Shown here: positions 1 through 8,648 of the stretch, one piece after another
Position numbering within the stretch: the first letter of the stretch is position 1
Layout of the letters: every line of letters begins with the position of its first letter
From: an uncultured Clostridia bacterium
GTDB lineage: Bacteria; Bacillota; Clostridia; Christensenellales; UBA1242
Reading direction: 5' to 3'
Assembly: GCA_944345545.1 (NCBI GenBank)
Contig: CALVMK010000055.1
Coordinates: forward strand, 1-33,499
DNA length: 33,499 bases
Notes under the pieces: generated by a model
What the model saw: the letters and a program-made list of their open reading frames with translations, nothing else
Told to the model about the DNA's origin: nothing
The model's database searches: none
Made by a program: the position numbers and the translations under genes

Positions 1-1037
1 ATGCAATCATATTCTATTGCATAAGCGTTACGCATTATACTAGCATTTTCTAGACCTTTAATAGTGTGATACATATCTTCTTGAATATCTACTGGAAGTG
101 AAGTGCTTACACCTTGAATATAAAATTCATTTGTGTCTAATCCTTCTGGTTCTAGAAATATTTGATGACGTTCTTTATCTTTAAATCTAACTATTTTGTC
201 TTCAATAGACGGACAATATCTTGGTCCTGTTCCCTTGATTATTCCACTAAACATTGGGGCACGTGATAGATTATTTAAAATAACTTCATGTGTTTTAGCA
301 TTAGTATATGTTAAGTAACATACTGTTTTGTTTTTTGGAGTTTTATTAGTCATAAAACTAAAGCTTTGTATGTCGTCTTCACCATATTGAATTTCTAAAT
401 TAGAAAAATCTATGCTTTTACCATTTATTCTAGCAGGTGTTCCAGTTTTAAAACGTCTTACTTCTAAACCTAAATCTATTAAGCTTTTAGTAAGTTTATT
501 TGCAGGAGAAAAGCCGTTAGGCCCACTGTTTTTTGTGTACTCTCCAATAATAATTCTGCTCTTTAAATAAACACCAGTGCAAATAATAATGCTCTTAGCT
601 AAAAATGTTTCACCTAAAGCAGTTTTAATTCCATAAACTTTGCCATTTTTAGTTAATATCTTAATTGCTTCGCTTTGCTTTAAAGTTAAGTTTTCTTGTT
701 CTTCAAGAACTCGTTTCATTCTTGAATGATATTTTGCTTTATCTGCTTGAGCTCTTAAGCTATAAACAGCAGGTCCTTTCCCCCTATTAAGCATTCTTAA
801 TTGAATTAAGGTTTCATCTGTATTTTTACCCATTTCTCCGCCAAGAGCGTCTATTTCGCAAACAAGATGACCTTTTGCTGTTCCACCAATAGATGGGTTA
901 CAAGCTAAAAAAGCAATAGCATCTAAATTTAATGTTAAAAGAAGAGTTTTATTTCCAAGACGTGAAAGAGCTAAGGCTGATTCACAACCTGCATGACCTG
1001 CTCCTATAACTATGCTATCAAATTTTTCTGTTTTCAT
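1..1037 (-). CDS. mnmG: tRNA uridine 5-carboxymethylaminomethyl modification enzyme MnmG/GidA (3' end runs off the window)
   Basis: Not in the ORF track. Reverse translation from ATG at 1037 (ATGA overlap with the mnmE stop) gives [28 protein letters not shown]...[23 protein letters not shown], then RFKTGTP and [11 protein letters not shown], all MnmG signatures. Confidence 0.97.
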   Translation of the reverse strand, partial: MKTEKFDSIVIGAGHAGCESALALSRLGNKTLLLTLNLDAIAFLACNPSIGGTAKGHLVCEIDALGGEMGKNTDETLIQLRMLNRGKGPAVYSLRAQADKAKYHSRMKRVLEEQENLTLKQSEAIKILTKNGKVYGIKTALGETFLAKSIIICTGVYLKSRIIIGEYTKNSGPNGFSPANKLTKSLIDLGLEVRRFKTGTPARINGKSIDFSNLEIQYGEDDIQSFSFMTNKTPKNKTVCYLTYTNAKTHEVILNNLSRAPMFSGIIKGTGPRYCPSIEDKIVRFKDKERHQIFLEPEGLDTNEFYIQGVSTSLPVDIQEDMYHTIKGLENASIMRNAYAIEYDC

Positions 1038-2356
1038 TTCCCTAAACAAAATTTTGAAAAGATTGCATCAATTATGCTTTCTGTTTCAGTTTCTCCTGTA
1101 ATTTTTCCTAATTCTACCCAAAGTTCTTTAAGTAAAAAACTTATTATATCAGTTGTTGAATTATCACAACTATCGAGTGCTTTTTCTGCAATTTCTTTTG
1201 CTTTTGAAAGTGCTTCTATGTGCCTAACATTTGTTAAAATTAAGCCTGAAATATCAATGTTTCCACCATCAAAACTATTAAAAATTTCTTCTTTAACCTG
1301 CTCTATATTTTTCCCATCTTTCGCACTTATTAAAATGTATTTTTCATTGATATCTAGTTTTTTCTGCTTGTCCATTTTGTTTAATATGATAATTCTTTTT
1401 TTGTCTTTAGTAAGGTCTAATAGCTTTTTATCATCTTCAGTAAGTTCACTAGAACTATCTAAAACAACTAGAACAATATCTGCACTATTTATTGAACGAT
1501 AACTACGGTCAATACCAATTTTTTCAACAATGTTATCACTTTCTCTAACGCCAGCAGTATCGATGAAATTGATCTTTATATTTTTATAAATAATTGTTTC
1601 AGTAATTGTATCTCTTGTAGTTCCTTCAATATCTGTAACGATAGCTCTTTCTTCCCCTAAAAGTGCATTTAAAAGACTTGACTTTCCAACATTTGGCTTA
1701 CCTACAATAGCAACTGTAATTCCATTTTTTATCAGTTTTCCAGCACTACTTGTACTTAATAGCTCTCTTAACTTTTTTAAAACATCACTAATAGTTTTTT
1801 TTGTTGTTAAAAGCGTTTCTGCTTCATCATCATGTTCGGGATAATCTAGCGTCATATCTAAATTAGCAATAGCGTCAACAATAGAACTTTGCAAAGTTTT
1901 AACTTCTGTTAAAAGTTTACCACTCATAAGATTATAACCAGCTTTAAGTTCAGCTTCCGTTCCTGCATTAATAACATCAATTATGCCTTCAGCGCTATCT
2001 AGACTAACTTTACCATTTAAAAAAGCTCTTTTTGTAAATTCACCATTTTCAGCTAAACTTGCACCATTTTTTATAAGTGCATTTAAAACTTCCTTAGTAA
2101 GAAATTCTCCGCCATGGCATTGAAATTCTACAATATCTTCCCCAGTGTATGAATGTGGTGCTTTAAAATATACAAGTAAACATTTTTCATTAATGTTGTT
2201 AAAATGAAAAGTACCCAAAATAACACGTCTTGGCTCAATTTTTTCTTTGCATGAAAAAACTTTAGTTGCTATGTTTAAACAACCATCTCCGCTCATTCTA
2301 ACTATGCTTATTGCCCCAACACCAATAGGTGTAGACACTGCTACTATAGGTTTCAT
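1034..2356 (-). CDS. mnmE: tRNA modification GTPase MnmE/TrmE
   Basis: G1 [10 protein letters not shown]2 GTTRD, G3 DTAG, G4 NKMD, N-terminal SYTGED..EFQCHGG, C-terminal FCLGK; adjacent to mnmG. Confidence 0.98.
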   Translation of the reverse strand: MKPIVAVSTPIGVGAISIVRMSGDGCLNIATKVFSCKEKIEPRRVILGTFHFNNINEKCLLVYFKAPHSYTGEDIVEFQCHGGEFLTKEVLNALIKNGASLAENGEFTKRAFLNGKVSLDSAEGIIDVINAGTEAELKAGYNLMSGKLLTEVKTLQSSIVDAIANLDMTLDYPEHDDEAETLLTTKKTISDVLKKLRELLSTSSAGKLIKNGITVAIVGKPNVGKSSLLNALLGEERAIVTDIEGTTRDTITETIIYKNIKINFIDTAGVRESDNIVEKIGIDRSYRSINSADIVLVVLDSSSELTEDDKKLLDLTKDKKRIIILNKMDKQKKLDINEKYILISAKDGKNIEQVKEEIFNSFDGGNIDISGLILTNVRHIEALSKAKEIAEKALDSCDNSTTDIISFLLKELWVELGKITGETETESIIDAIFSKFCLGK

Positions 2357-2362
2357 AATTTT

Positions 2363-2391
2363 ATTATATCACAATTAAAATTAATAGTAAA
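2363..2391 (-). promoter_or_regulatory. sigma-A promoter of mnmE-mnmG (extended -10), probably leaderless transcript
   Basis: Minus strand TTTACT-17 nt-TATAAT with TG extension. The -10 ends 6 nt before the ATG and no Shine-Dalgarno is present. Confidence 0.65.
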
Positions 2392-2546
2392 TTATCATTT
2401 AAAAAAAATATTAAATAGAATTGTAAAATTTAATTGACAAAATTTATATGCTAATTAACTTTTTAAAAAAATTTAATATTTATTTATACTCAATAAACAT
2501 TAAATCAAATCATTTTTTTAATTTAAGATTATAAAAAAAACAATAA

Positions 2547-2582
2547 TAAAAAAGACACAAAAGCCAAAATACTTTTATGTCT
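2547..2582 (-). terminator. intrinsic terminator after jag
   Basis: Minus strand AGACATAAAAG-8 nt loop-CTTTTGTGTCT (one G:U pair) followed by a T run. Confidence 0.7.
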
Positions 2583-2606
2583 AAATCCCTTTGTTTAATA
2601 AACAAA

Positions 2607-3479
2607 CTATTCGTTTTCTTCTTTTATTTTAACAGATAAAAATCTATTAGGTTCTTCACCAGTGCTATAACTTTCAAGTTCAGGATAATTTTGAATAACA
2701 GTGTGAATGATTCTTCTTTCATAAGCTGTCATAGGTTCAAGCTTTACTTGATGCTTTGTTTTTATAACCTTTTTAGCTATTCTTTCTGCTAAAGCTTCCA
2801 AACTTTCTTTTCTTCTATCTTTAAAACCATCAATATCTAATCTAACTTTTTTTGAATGGCGATTTCCCTTAGAAGTTATAATAGAAACAAGATATTGAAT
2901 AGCATTTAAAGAATCACCTCTAAAGCCAATTAAATTGCTAGCATCATCACCTTTAATTTCAAAAAAAACTTCATTTTCATTTTCTTCCACAAAGACATTT
3001 GAATTGCTTTTTAATACTTTAAGCATACCTTGTAAAAAATTTTTCCCAACACTAACTTCATCTAAACTATCAACTCTTTTTTTAGATTTTTCAGTCTTTA
3101 ATGCTTCGTTAGAAGATATAGTTTTTTCTTCTTTTTCAGCTAAATCTTCATTAACATTTTTTTCGTCTTCAAAAGAATTTATATCTATATTTTCATCTTT
3201 TAAGGTTTCAACGTTTTCAACATCTTCAACTGATTTAGTTTCTTCAAAACTTGATTTTTCTGGTTTGCATTCTTGCGAATCTGTTTCAGCCACTTTTTTT
3301 ACTTTCTTATATTTATCTAAAGCATCATCTGAAATTTTCACAAAAACTTTAGCTTTTCTAAAAAAGCCACCTTGGTCAATTATTTTAATATCAACATCTT
3401 CTCTAAGTGCCTTAAGTTCAAATAGTGCATTAGTTATAGCTTGTTCTAAATTTTTTCCTGTTGCTTCACATTCTGTCAT
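2607..3479 (-). CDS. jag: Jag/EloR/KhpB RNA-binding protein (Jag_N, KH, R3H)
   Basis: N-terminal EATGKNLEQAITNAL, KH GxxG (LIGFRGDSLNAIQ), R3H motif LEPMTAYERRIIH; downstream of yidC. Confidence 0.95.
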   Translation of the reverse strand: MTECEATGKNLEQAITNALFELKALREDVDIKIIDQGGFFRKAKVFVKISDDALDKYKKVKKVAETDSQECKPEKSSFEETKSVEDVENVETLKDENIDINSFEDEKNVNEDLAEKEEKTISSNEALKTEKSKKRVDSLDEVSVGKNFLQGMLKVLKSNSNVFVEENENEVFFEIKGDDASNLIGFRGDSLNAIQYLVSIITSKGNRHSKKVRLDIDGFKDRRKESLEALAERIAKKVIKTKHQVKLEPMTAYERRIIHTVIQNYPELESYSTGEEPNRFLSVKIKEENE

Positions 3480-3488
3480 AAATTTCTC

Positions 3489-4556
3489 CTACTTTTTTCT
3501 ACTATAATCAACAACAACTTTAGCTTCTTTTTTCTTTTCTTCTTTTTCTTCAAGTTTGTCTATAATTAAGTCTATTAAAGGTGCGGTTAAAATTGAGATA
3601 ACTTGACCTGTAATAATATACAAAGCAAAAATTGAGTTGTAGAATAAAGTGAATATACCCATAATTAAAGGTAAAACAATCATTAAAATTTTATTGGTAG
3701 GTTGAGCTGGATTTCCATTATTTTTGTTCTTCTTTCCAATTCTATATTGCATTAAAAATTGTGATAAAAATGCAGTTCCAATAGCAAGAATAGTTAAAAC
3801 TAAATATCCATTTGCTCTACCCGTTGAATCTCTTAAAGGATTCATAACTTTTTCATAGTTTTCTTTAATTTCTAATTGTTGTTCTTCTGTTAAATCATTA
3901 AAATTTTTAGTAACAACTTCACCTTCTTCCAAAACTTCAACCTTATTTCCAATCATTGAAAGATAAGAATTAAAATCTGGAATACTATTTGTCCAAGGTG
4001 TTTCACTAACCCAAACGTTTTCTATCCAAAGCCAACTGTCTTTTATTTCATCATAAGTAATTTTAACTGCATTATTTGCAGCTAATTCTTTTTCTTCATT
4101 CGTTCCTTCTGTTTCAGCATAAGTTTGCTCATAAACTGTTTCTAATTGATTATATTGCTCTGCAATTTTGAAATTAGCCATTGCATTTAAAGAATTCCAA
4201 AGAGTTAAGAAAATAACCAAAACTAATATAAAATTCACAAGCATAAAAATACAAGAACCCATAATATTAAAGTTGTTTTTCTTGTAAAGTTCAGAAAGTT
4301 TTTGGTTATATAAATTTTTATCATGTCCATATTGCTTTTGAATTTTAAGCATTTCTGGTTGTAAAACAGCTTGAACTTTCGCATTTTTTCTAGATATTTT
4401 TTTATTAAAAAAATCTAAAGGCGACATTATAATTTTAATACAAACAGTTAAAAGAATAATTCCCCAAGCATAATTACCAACACTATTAAAAGCATTAATA
4501 ATTGTTGGCCAAACACCACTAGGTGCAGTAATTAAAAGCGAGCTTAAAAAAGCCAT
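3489..4556 (-). CDS. yidC: membrane protein insertase YidC/Oxa1/SpoIIIJ
   Basis: WGIILLTVCIKIIMSPL, LQPEMLKIQKQY...LYKKNN..MGSC, C-terminal TM helices; position between yidD and jag. Confidence 0.92.
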   Translation of the reverse strand: MAFLSSLLITAPSGVWPTIINAFNSVGNYAWGIILLTVCIKIIMSPLDFFNKKISRKNAKVQAVLQPEMLKIQKQYGHDKNLYNQKLSELYKKNNFNIMGSCIFMLVNFILVLVIFLTLWNSLNAMANFKIAEQYNQLETVYEQTYAETEGTNEEKELAANNAVKITYDEIKDSWLWIENVWVSETPWTNSIPDFNSYLSMIGNKVEVLEEGEVVTKNFNDLTEEQQLEIKENYEKVMNPLRDSTGRANGYLVLTILAIGTAFLSQFLMQYRIGKKNKNNGNPAQPTNKILMIVLPLIMGIFTLFYNSIFALYIITGQVISILTAPLIDLIIDKLEEKEEKKKEAKVVVDYSRKK

Positions 4557-4819
4557 TTAGCATCTCCTTTAAGGTTAATAGGAACGGGGTCGAACCCGCA
4601 TTTACCATTTGGAGAACATCTTAAAAGACGTTTTAACCCTAAATAAACACCTTTTATGCTTCCAAACGATTTTATACTATTAATCATATATGTTGAACAA
4701 GTAGGTTGAAATCTACATGTTTTAGGCTTTAATGGCGAAATAACAAGTTTATAAAACCATACAAGCCCAATAAAAAAATAATCGACAGGAAAGATTATTA
4801 TTCTGTAAAATTTATACAT
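4544..4819 (-). CDS. yidD: membrane protein insertion efficiency factor YidD
   Basis: YKLVISPL..TCRFQPTCSTY...RLLRCSP..GFDPVP motif; position between rnpA and yidC. Confidence 0.95.
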   Translation of the reverse strand: MYKFYRIIIFPVDYFFIGLVWFYKLVISPLKPKTCRFQPTCSTYMINSIKSFGSIKGVYLGLKRLLRCSPNGKCGFDPVPINLKGDAKWLF

Positions 4820-5153
4820 TTAAAAGTTTTGCCTTTTTTAGTAAATTATAAACTTCTCTTTGAATGTGTTTAAAATCTAAATTTTCAATATCTTTTTTTG
4901 CAACAAAAATAAGATTATGTGAAGGAATAATTTCATTAAAAATAAGCCTTACAGCTTCTCTAAGTCTTCTTTTAACCTTATTTCTAACCGTACTCTTTCC
5001 TATTTTATTTGAAACACTAAAACCAATTTTAAAAGGTTGAAATTTAGTTTTTAAAAAGCAAAGATTAACATGTTTTTCAAAAACAACTTCACCCTTTTTG
5101 TATATATAATTAAAGTGTCTATTTTTCTTAAGACGGTTTTCCTTTTTTAACAT
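4812..5153 (-). CDS. rnpA: ribonuclease P protein component
   Basis: RLKKNRHF, IGFSVSNKIGKSTVRNKVKRRLRE (RNR motif). Confidence 0.97.
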   Translation of the reverse strand: MLKKENRLKKNRHFNYIYKKGEVVFEKHVNLCFLKTKFQPFKIGFSVSNKIGKSTVRNKVKRRLREAVRLIFNEIIPSHNLIFVAKKDIENLDFKHIQREVYNLLKKAKLLNV

Positions 5154-5172
5154 AAAAACCTCTTAAACTAAA

Positions 5173-5307
5173 TTAAGCAGACAATTTTTTTCTGCCTCTA
5201 TTTCTGCGTCTTTTAATAACATTTCTTCCGCCTTGAGTTCTCATTCTTTCACGAAACCCATGAACTTTACTTCTTTGACGCTTCTTAGGTTGATAAGTTC
5301 TCTTCAT
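5173..5307 (-). CDS. rpmH: 50S ribosomal protein L34 (44 aa, below the ORF-track cutoff)
   Basis: Translates [44 protein letters not shown]; GGAGG Shine-Dalgarno at 5314-5318. Confidence 0.98.
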   Translation of the reverse strand: MKRTYQPKKRQRSKVHGFRERMRTQGGRNVIKRRRNRGRKKLSA

Positions 5308-5343
5308 AACTTGCCTCCATGTAAAAGATTCTTCACTAAATTA

Positions 5344-5398
5344 AAAAAAAGTTTAAGATAGCTACTGTCCGAGGACGATTATATCTTAAACTTTTTTT
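5344..5398 (-). terminator. inverted repeat, likely dnaN terminator, overlapping the rpmH promoter
   Basis: Perfect 17-bp arms AAAAAAAGTTTAAGATA (5344-5360) and TATCTTAAACTTTTTTT (5382-5398) with an inner GTCC-GA-GGAC mini-stem; ends in a U run on the minus strand. Confidence 0.65.
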
Positions 5399-5406
5399 AT
5401 TGTCAA
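5378..5406 (-). promoter_or_regulatory. consensus sigma-A promoter of the rpmH-rnpA-yidD-yidC-jag operon
   Basis: Minus strand TTGACA-ATAAAAAAAGTTTAAGA (17 nt)-TATAAT, perfect consensus. Confidence 0.88.
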
Positions 5407-5415
5407 CAAATTTTG

Positions 5416-6519
5416 TTAATTTATCATTCTTACTGGCAAAATTAAATAAAGGAATTCATCACTTTCAAGAGGTTTTATAATACAAGGATTAGAAGCACTG
5501 TTAAATCCTATTTTAACAAACTCGTCTTGTAAAACTCTTAAAGCTTCAATAAAATATCTAGCATTAAAAGCAATTACAATTTCTTTTCCTCTAAGTGAAA
5601 TATTAACATTTTCTTTAATATTTCCAATTTCTGAATTAGAAGTTAAGCAAAGTAAATTTTCTTTAATTTCAAATTTAACAAGATTATTTTGTCCAACTTT
5701 AGAAAGCAATGAAGCTCTTTCTAAAGCATCTTCAAATTGATTTTTATTGACTGTTATCTCAGTTTCAAAGCTTGTTGAAATTATTTGATTATAGTTTAAA
5801 AAATCACCTTCAAGCAACCTTGTGATAACTTTACAATCGCCAAAATCAACCATAATATAATTTTTTTGAATGTAAACATTAATAGTTTCATCAGTGTCAT
5901 CTAAAAGTTTGGAAATTTCTGCTAAACTTCTTGAAGGAACAATAACAGAAGTTCTAACAGTGCTTTTAGTAAGTTCTTTTTTAAGATGTGCTAGTCTATA
6001 CCCATCTAATGCAGTTGCTAAAATTTCTTTTTCTCCAATTTCCAACAAACAACCTTTTAAAATTGGTCTTGAATCATCAATAGCAACAGAAAATAGTGTT
6101 TTGTTAATAAGTTCTTTTAAATTTTTCTTTTCAATGCCAAAATACTCATTGCTTTCAATCTTTTTAAAACCAGGATATTCTAAAACTGGATAACATTGAA
6201 GCAAACTTTCACTATCTGTATATTTTATTTTTAATTGATTTTTTTCATTTAAAGAAAGTTCTATACTTTCATTAGTAAGCTTTTTAATAAACTCAGAAAA
6301 GAACCTTCCAGGAACAACAGTTTCACCTTCTTCCTTAATTTCAGCTTTAATTTTTTTCTCAATAGAAAGCTCCAAATCTGTTGCACTAAGTGTTAAGGTG
6401 TTATCTTCTGCAACAAGTTTAATACCTTCTAAAATAGGGTTTGTAGTCTTAGAAGCAATAGCTTTATTAACAACAATAGCTGCTTCACAAAGTTCTAGAC
6501 CATCACAAATAACTTTCAT
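5416..6519 (-). CDS. dnaN: DNA polymerase III beta sliding clamp
   Basis: 367 aa; PILEGI, SATDLELSI, RPILKG, ALDGYRLA, RLLEGDF, AFNARY, LILPVR; immediately downstream of dnaA. Confidence 0.98.
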   Translation of the reverse strand: MKVICDGLELCEAAIVVNKAIASKTTNPILEGIKLVAEDNTLTLSATDLELSIEKKIKAEIKEEGETVVPGRFFSEFIKKLTNESIELSLNEKNQLKIKYTDSESLLQCYPVLEYPGFKKIESNEYFGIEKKNLKELINKTLFSVAIDDSRPILKGCLLEIGEKEILATALDGYRLAHLKKELTKSTVRTSVIVPSRSLAEISKLLDDTDETINVYIQKNYIMVDFGDCKVITRLLEGDFLNYNQIISTSFETEITVNKNQFEDALERASLLSKVGQNNLVKFEIKENLLCLTSNSEIGNIKENVNISLRGKEIVIAFNARYFIEALRVLQDEFVKIGFNSASNPCIIKPLESDEFLYLILPVRMIN

Positions 6520-6765
6520 TTTTCGCCTCTCTTTTTATAATTATTATTAAAATATTTAAGTGGTATTAATATTAATAAGTGCCGTTGAAATGTGGATAAC
6601 TTTTAATAGACACAACATATAGTGCCAAAATGTTATACTACCTAAAACGAATATATTATAATATATATAGAATTTTTTTTCAAGATATTGATTAAACTTT
6701 TGTGGATAACTTTGTTAACAACCAAAAAATTTTATCCACAATCTCACAAACTTAATGTGTATAAC
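6520..6765. other. oriC (dnaA-dnaN intergenic): DnaA boxes plus unwinding element
   Basis: Boxes TGTGGATAA 6591-6599 and 6701-6709, TTATCCACA 6732-6740, TGTGTATAA 6756-6764. Next to the 6591 box lie a GC-rich GCCG (6581-6584), five TAN trios TAT-TAA-TAT-TAA-TAA (6564-6578) and an AT-rich stretch, the layout of the B. subtilis incC basal unwinding system. Gene strand bias switches nearby. Confidence 0.9.
6610..6625. promoter_or_regulatory. NrdR-box-like site
   Basis: ACACAACATATAGTGC matches the acaCwAtATaTwGtgt consensus at 14 of 16 positions. Confidence 0.4.
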
Positions 6766-8130
6766 TTAAGAGTTAACGTAACCAGAGAACATATTTTCAA
6801 TTTCTTTAACAGTGTTTGCCATTCTAATGTTATTTTTAACTTGGTCGGTAATTTTATCTCTGGCATGAATTATAGTTGTGTGGTCTCTTCCCCCAAAATA
6901 TTTACCAATTGAAATTAGTGGCATGTCGATAAGTTCACTAATCAAATAAATAGCAATCATTCTTGGTTCAACAATTTCCTTACTTTTCTTTTTTCCAACA
7001 ATATCAGCTTTGGAAATATTAAAATAATCGCAAACACATTCAATTATAATATTAGGGTTTAAGTCTTCTTTCTTTTTTTCGATAGTTTCCTTTAAAGCTT
7101 CTTTAGCTTCTTCTATTCCTGCAATTTTTTTACCTAATAAAGTAGCAAAGAAATAAACCTTAGAAAGTAAACCTTCCATCTCTCTAATGTTAGTGTCTAC
7201 TTTTTCAGCAATATATTCAATAACTTCATCGTCAATTAAATATCTTTCTTGTTGAGATTTTTTTCTCAAAATAGCAACTCTTGTTTCAAAGTCTGGGCTT
7301 TGAATATCTTGAATAAGACCACAAGTAAATCTTGAACTAAGTCTTTCTTCTAAAGTAGCAATTTCTTTTGGTGGTCTATCAGATGAAATAATTATTTGCT
7401 TGTTATTTTGATATAGTTCATTAAATGTGTGAAAAAATTCTTCTTGAGTGCTTGTTTTGTTAGATATAAATTGAATATCATCAATCATTAAAACATCAAG
7501 GTTTCTATATTTTTCTCTAAATTCTATAGTTTCGTTTTCTTTGTTAGACCTTAAAGACTCTATGTAGTCGTTAGTAAATTTTTCACAAGTTGCATACATG
7601 ATTTTTAAATCAGGCATATGTTGATGAATATAATTACCAATAGCGTGTAAAAGATGGGTTTTGCCAAGTCCAACTCCACCATAAATAAAAAGTGGATTAA
7701 ATTTTTGACCAGGGTGTTCAGCAACAGCTCTAGCCGCAGCATAAACAAATTGATTACTTTTTCCAACAACGAAATTATCAAAAGTGTATTTAGAGTTAAA
7801 CATTCCTTTACTTTGTTCTGTTAAAGTTGGAGTAGAAACAGGTTCAACTAAAACAGTATCTTTTAAATATTCTTGTTTTTCATTTTGGTCTAAGATTTCA
7901 AAATTAATACCTTCACCAAAAACTTCTCTAATACATTCTTCAAGTTTGTCAGTATGGTTTTTTAAAATTTGATTTTTTGCTGTTGTAGATGATGCTCCTA
8001 AAATCAAAGTAGTCCCGTTTTTAAATTCTAAAAGTTCAAGTGGTTTAATCCAAAGGTCAAAAGAAACTGCACTAACTTGCATTTCAAGTTTGTTTTTAGC
8101 TGTCTCCCAGAGGCTAACATATTCGTCCAT
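6766..8130 (-). CDS. dnaA: chromosomal replication initiator DnaA
   Basis: YTFDNFVVGKSN, NPLFIYGGVGLGKTHLL (Walker A), LMIDDIQF, QEEFFHTFN, domain IV GGRDHTTIIHA. Confidence 0.99.
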   Translation of the reverse strand: MDEYVSLWETAKNKLEMQVSAVSFDLWIKPLELLEFKNGTTLILGASSTTAKNQILKNHTDKLEECIREVFGEGINFEILDQNEKQEYLKDTVLVEPVSTPTLTEQSKGMFNSKYTFDNFVVGKSNQFVYAAARAVAEHPGQKFNPLFIYGGVGLGKTHLLHAIGNYIHQHMPDLKIMYATCEKFTNDYIESLRSNKENETIEFREKYRNLDVLMIDDIQFISNKTSTQEEFFHTFNELYQNNKQIIISSDRPPKEIATLEERLSSRFTCGLIQDIQSPDFETRVAILRKKSQQERYLIDDEVIEYIAEKVDTNIREMEGLLSKVYFFATLLGKKIAGIEEAKEALKETIEKKKEDLNPNIIIECVCDYFNISKADIVGKKKSKEIVEPRMIAIYLISELIDMPLISIGKYFGGRDHTTIIHARDKITDQVKNNIRMANTVKEIENMFSGYVNS

Positions 8131-8164
8131 AATTTTCTCCGTATGTTAATAAATTTACAAGCAA

Positions 8165-8193
8165 ATTCTATCACTGAACCTAATTAAAGTCAA
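8165..8193 (-). promoter_or_regulatory. sigma-A promoter of dnaA
   Basis: Minus strand TTGACT-17 nt-TAGAAT with extended TG; a one-mismatch DnaA box (TGTTAATAA, 8144-8152) lies in the leader. Confidence 0.75.
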
Positions 8194-8585
8194 GTTTTTA
8201 TGTCATCTTATAAAAATGAAAATTTAGTATAAAAACCTATAAAAATAACAAAAAACATAAAAAAATCGACAAAAAATGTCAAATTTTCGCAATTTTTCTT
8301 AATTTTTGACAATTTATGAAAAATTATTTATTTATTATTTTCAAGATTTTAAATTTTTAAACTATTTGAATTTTGTTTATATCTTATAAAACTAGAAAGC
8401 TCTTTATAAAAGATTATAAGATAAAAAAAATAATTAAATATATTATACATTATCTATTTAAAAATTATATCAATGTTAAAAGAAAGTTTTGTAATATTTT
8501 GAAATATGAAAATCAATCTATATAGTATATATATATTACTATATATAGTATATACAAATAATATATGGAAAGTTAGAATAAATTG

Positions 8586-8614
8586 TTGTCAAAAATTTGT
8601 TATTATGATATAAT
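8586..8614 (+). promoter_or_regulatory. sigma-A promoter of parA-parB
   Basis: TTGTCA-17 nt-TATAAT with extended TG. Confidence 0.75.
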
Positions 8615-8648
8615 CTTGATATTAAAAATATTTATATATGGAGAAATT

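Noticed and set aside
993-1502. 169-aa plus-strand ORF, and similar antisense ORFs such as 2935-3507, 5894-6193, 12575-12823 and 26913-27236
   Set aside because: Antisense shadows of well-supported genes, Ser/Phe/Leu-rich, with no recognisable motifs.
6688-6912. 74-aa ORF crossing oriC and the dnaA 3' end
   Set aside because: Runs through DnaA boxes, is antisense to dnaA and has no Shine-Dalgarno.
8583-8648. Upstream TTG starts in the ORF track (8583, 15046, 24220, 25786) and ATG 30202
   Set aside because: Four coincide with or abut promoter elements, and the TTG cases have a downstream ATG with a clear Shine-Dalgarno; the downstream starts were used.
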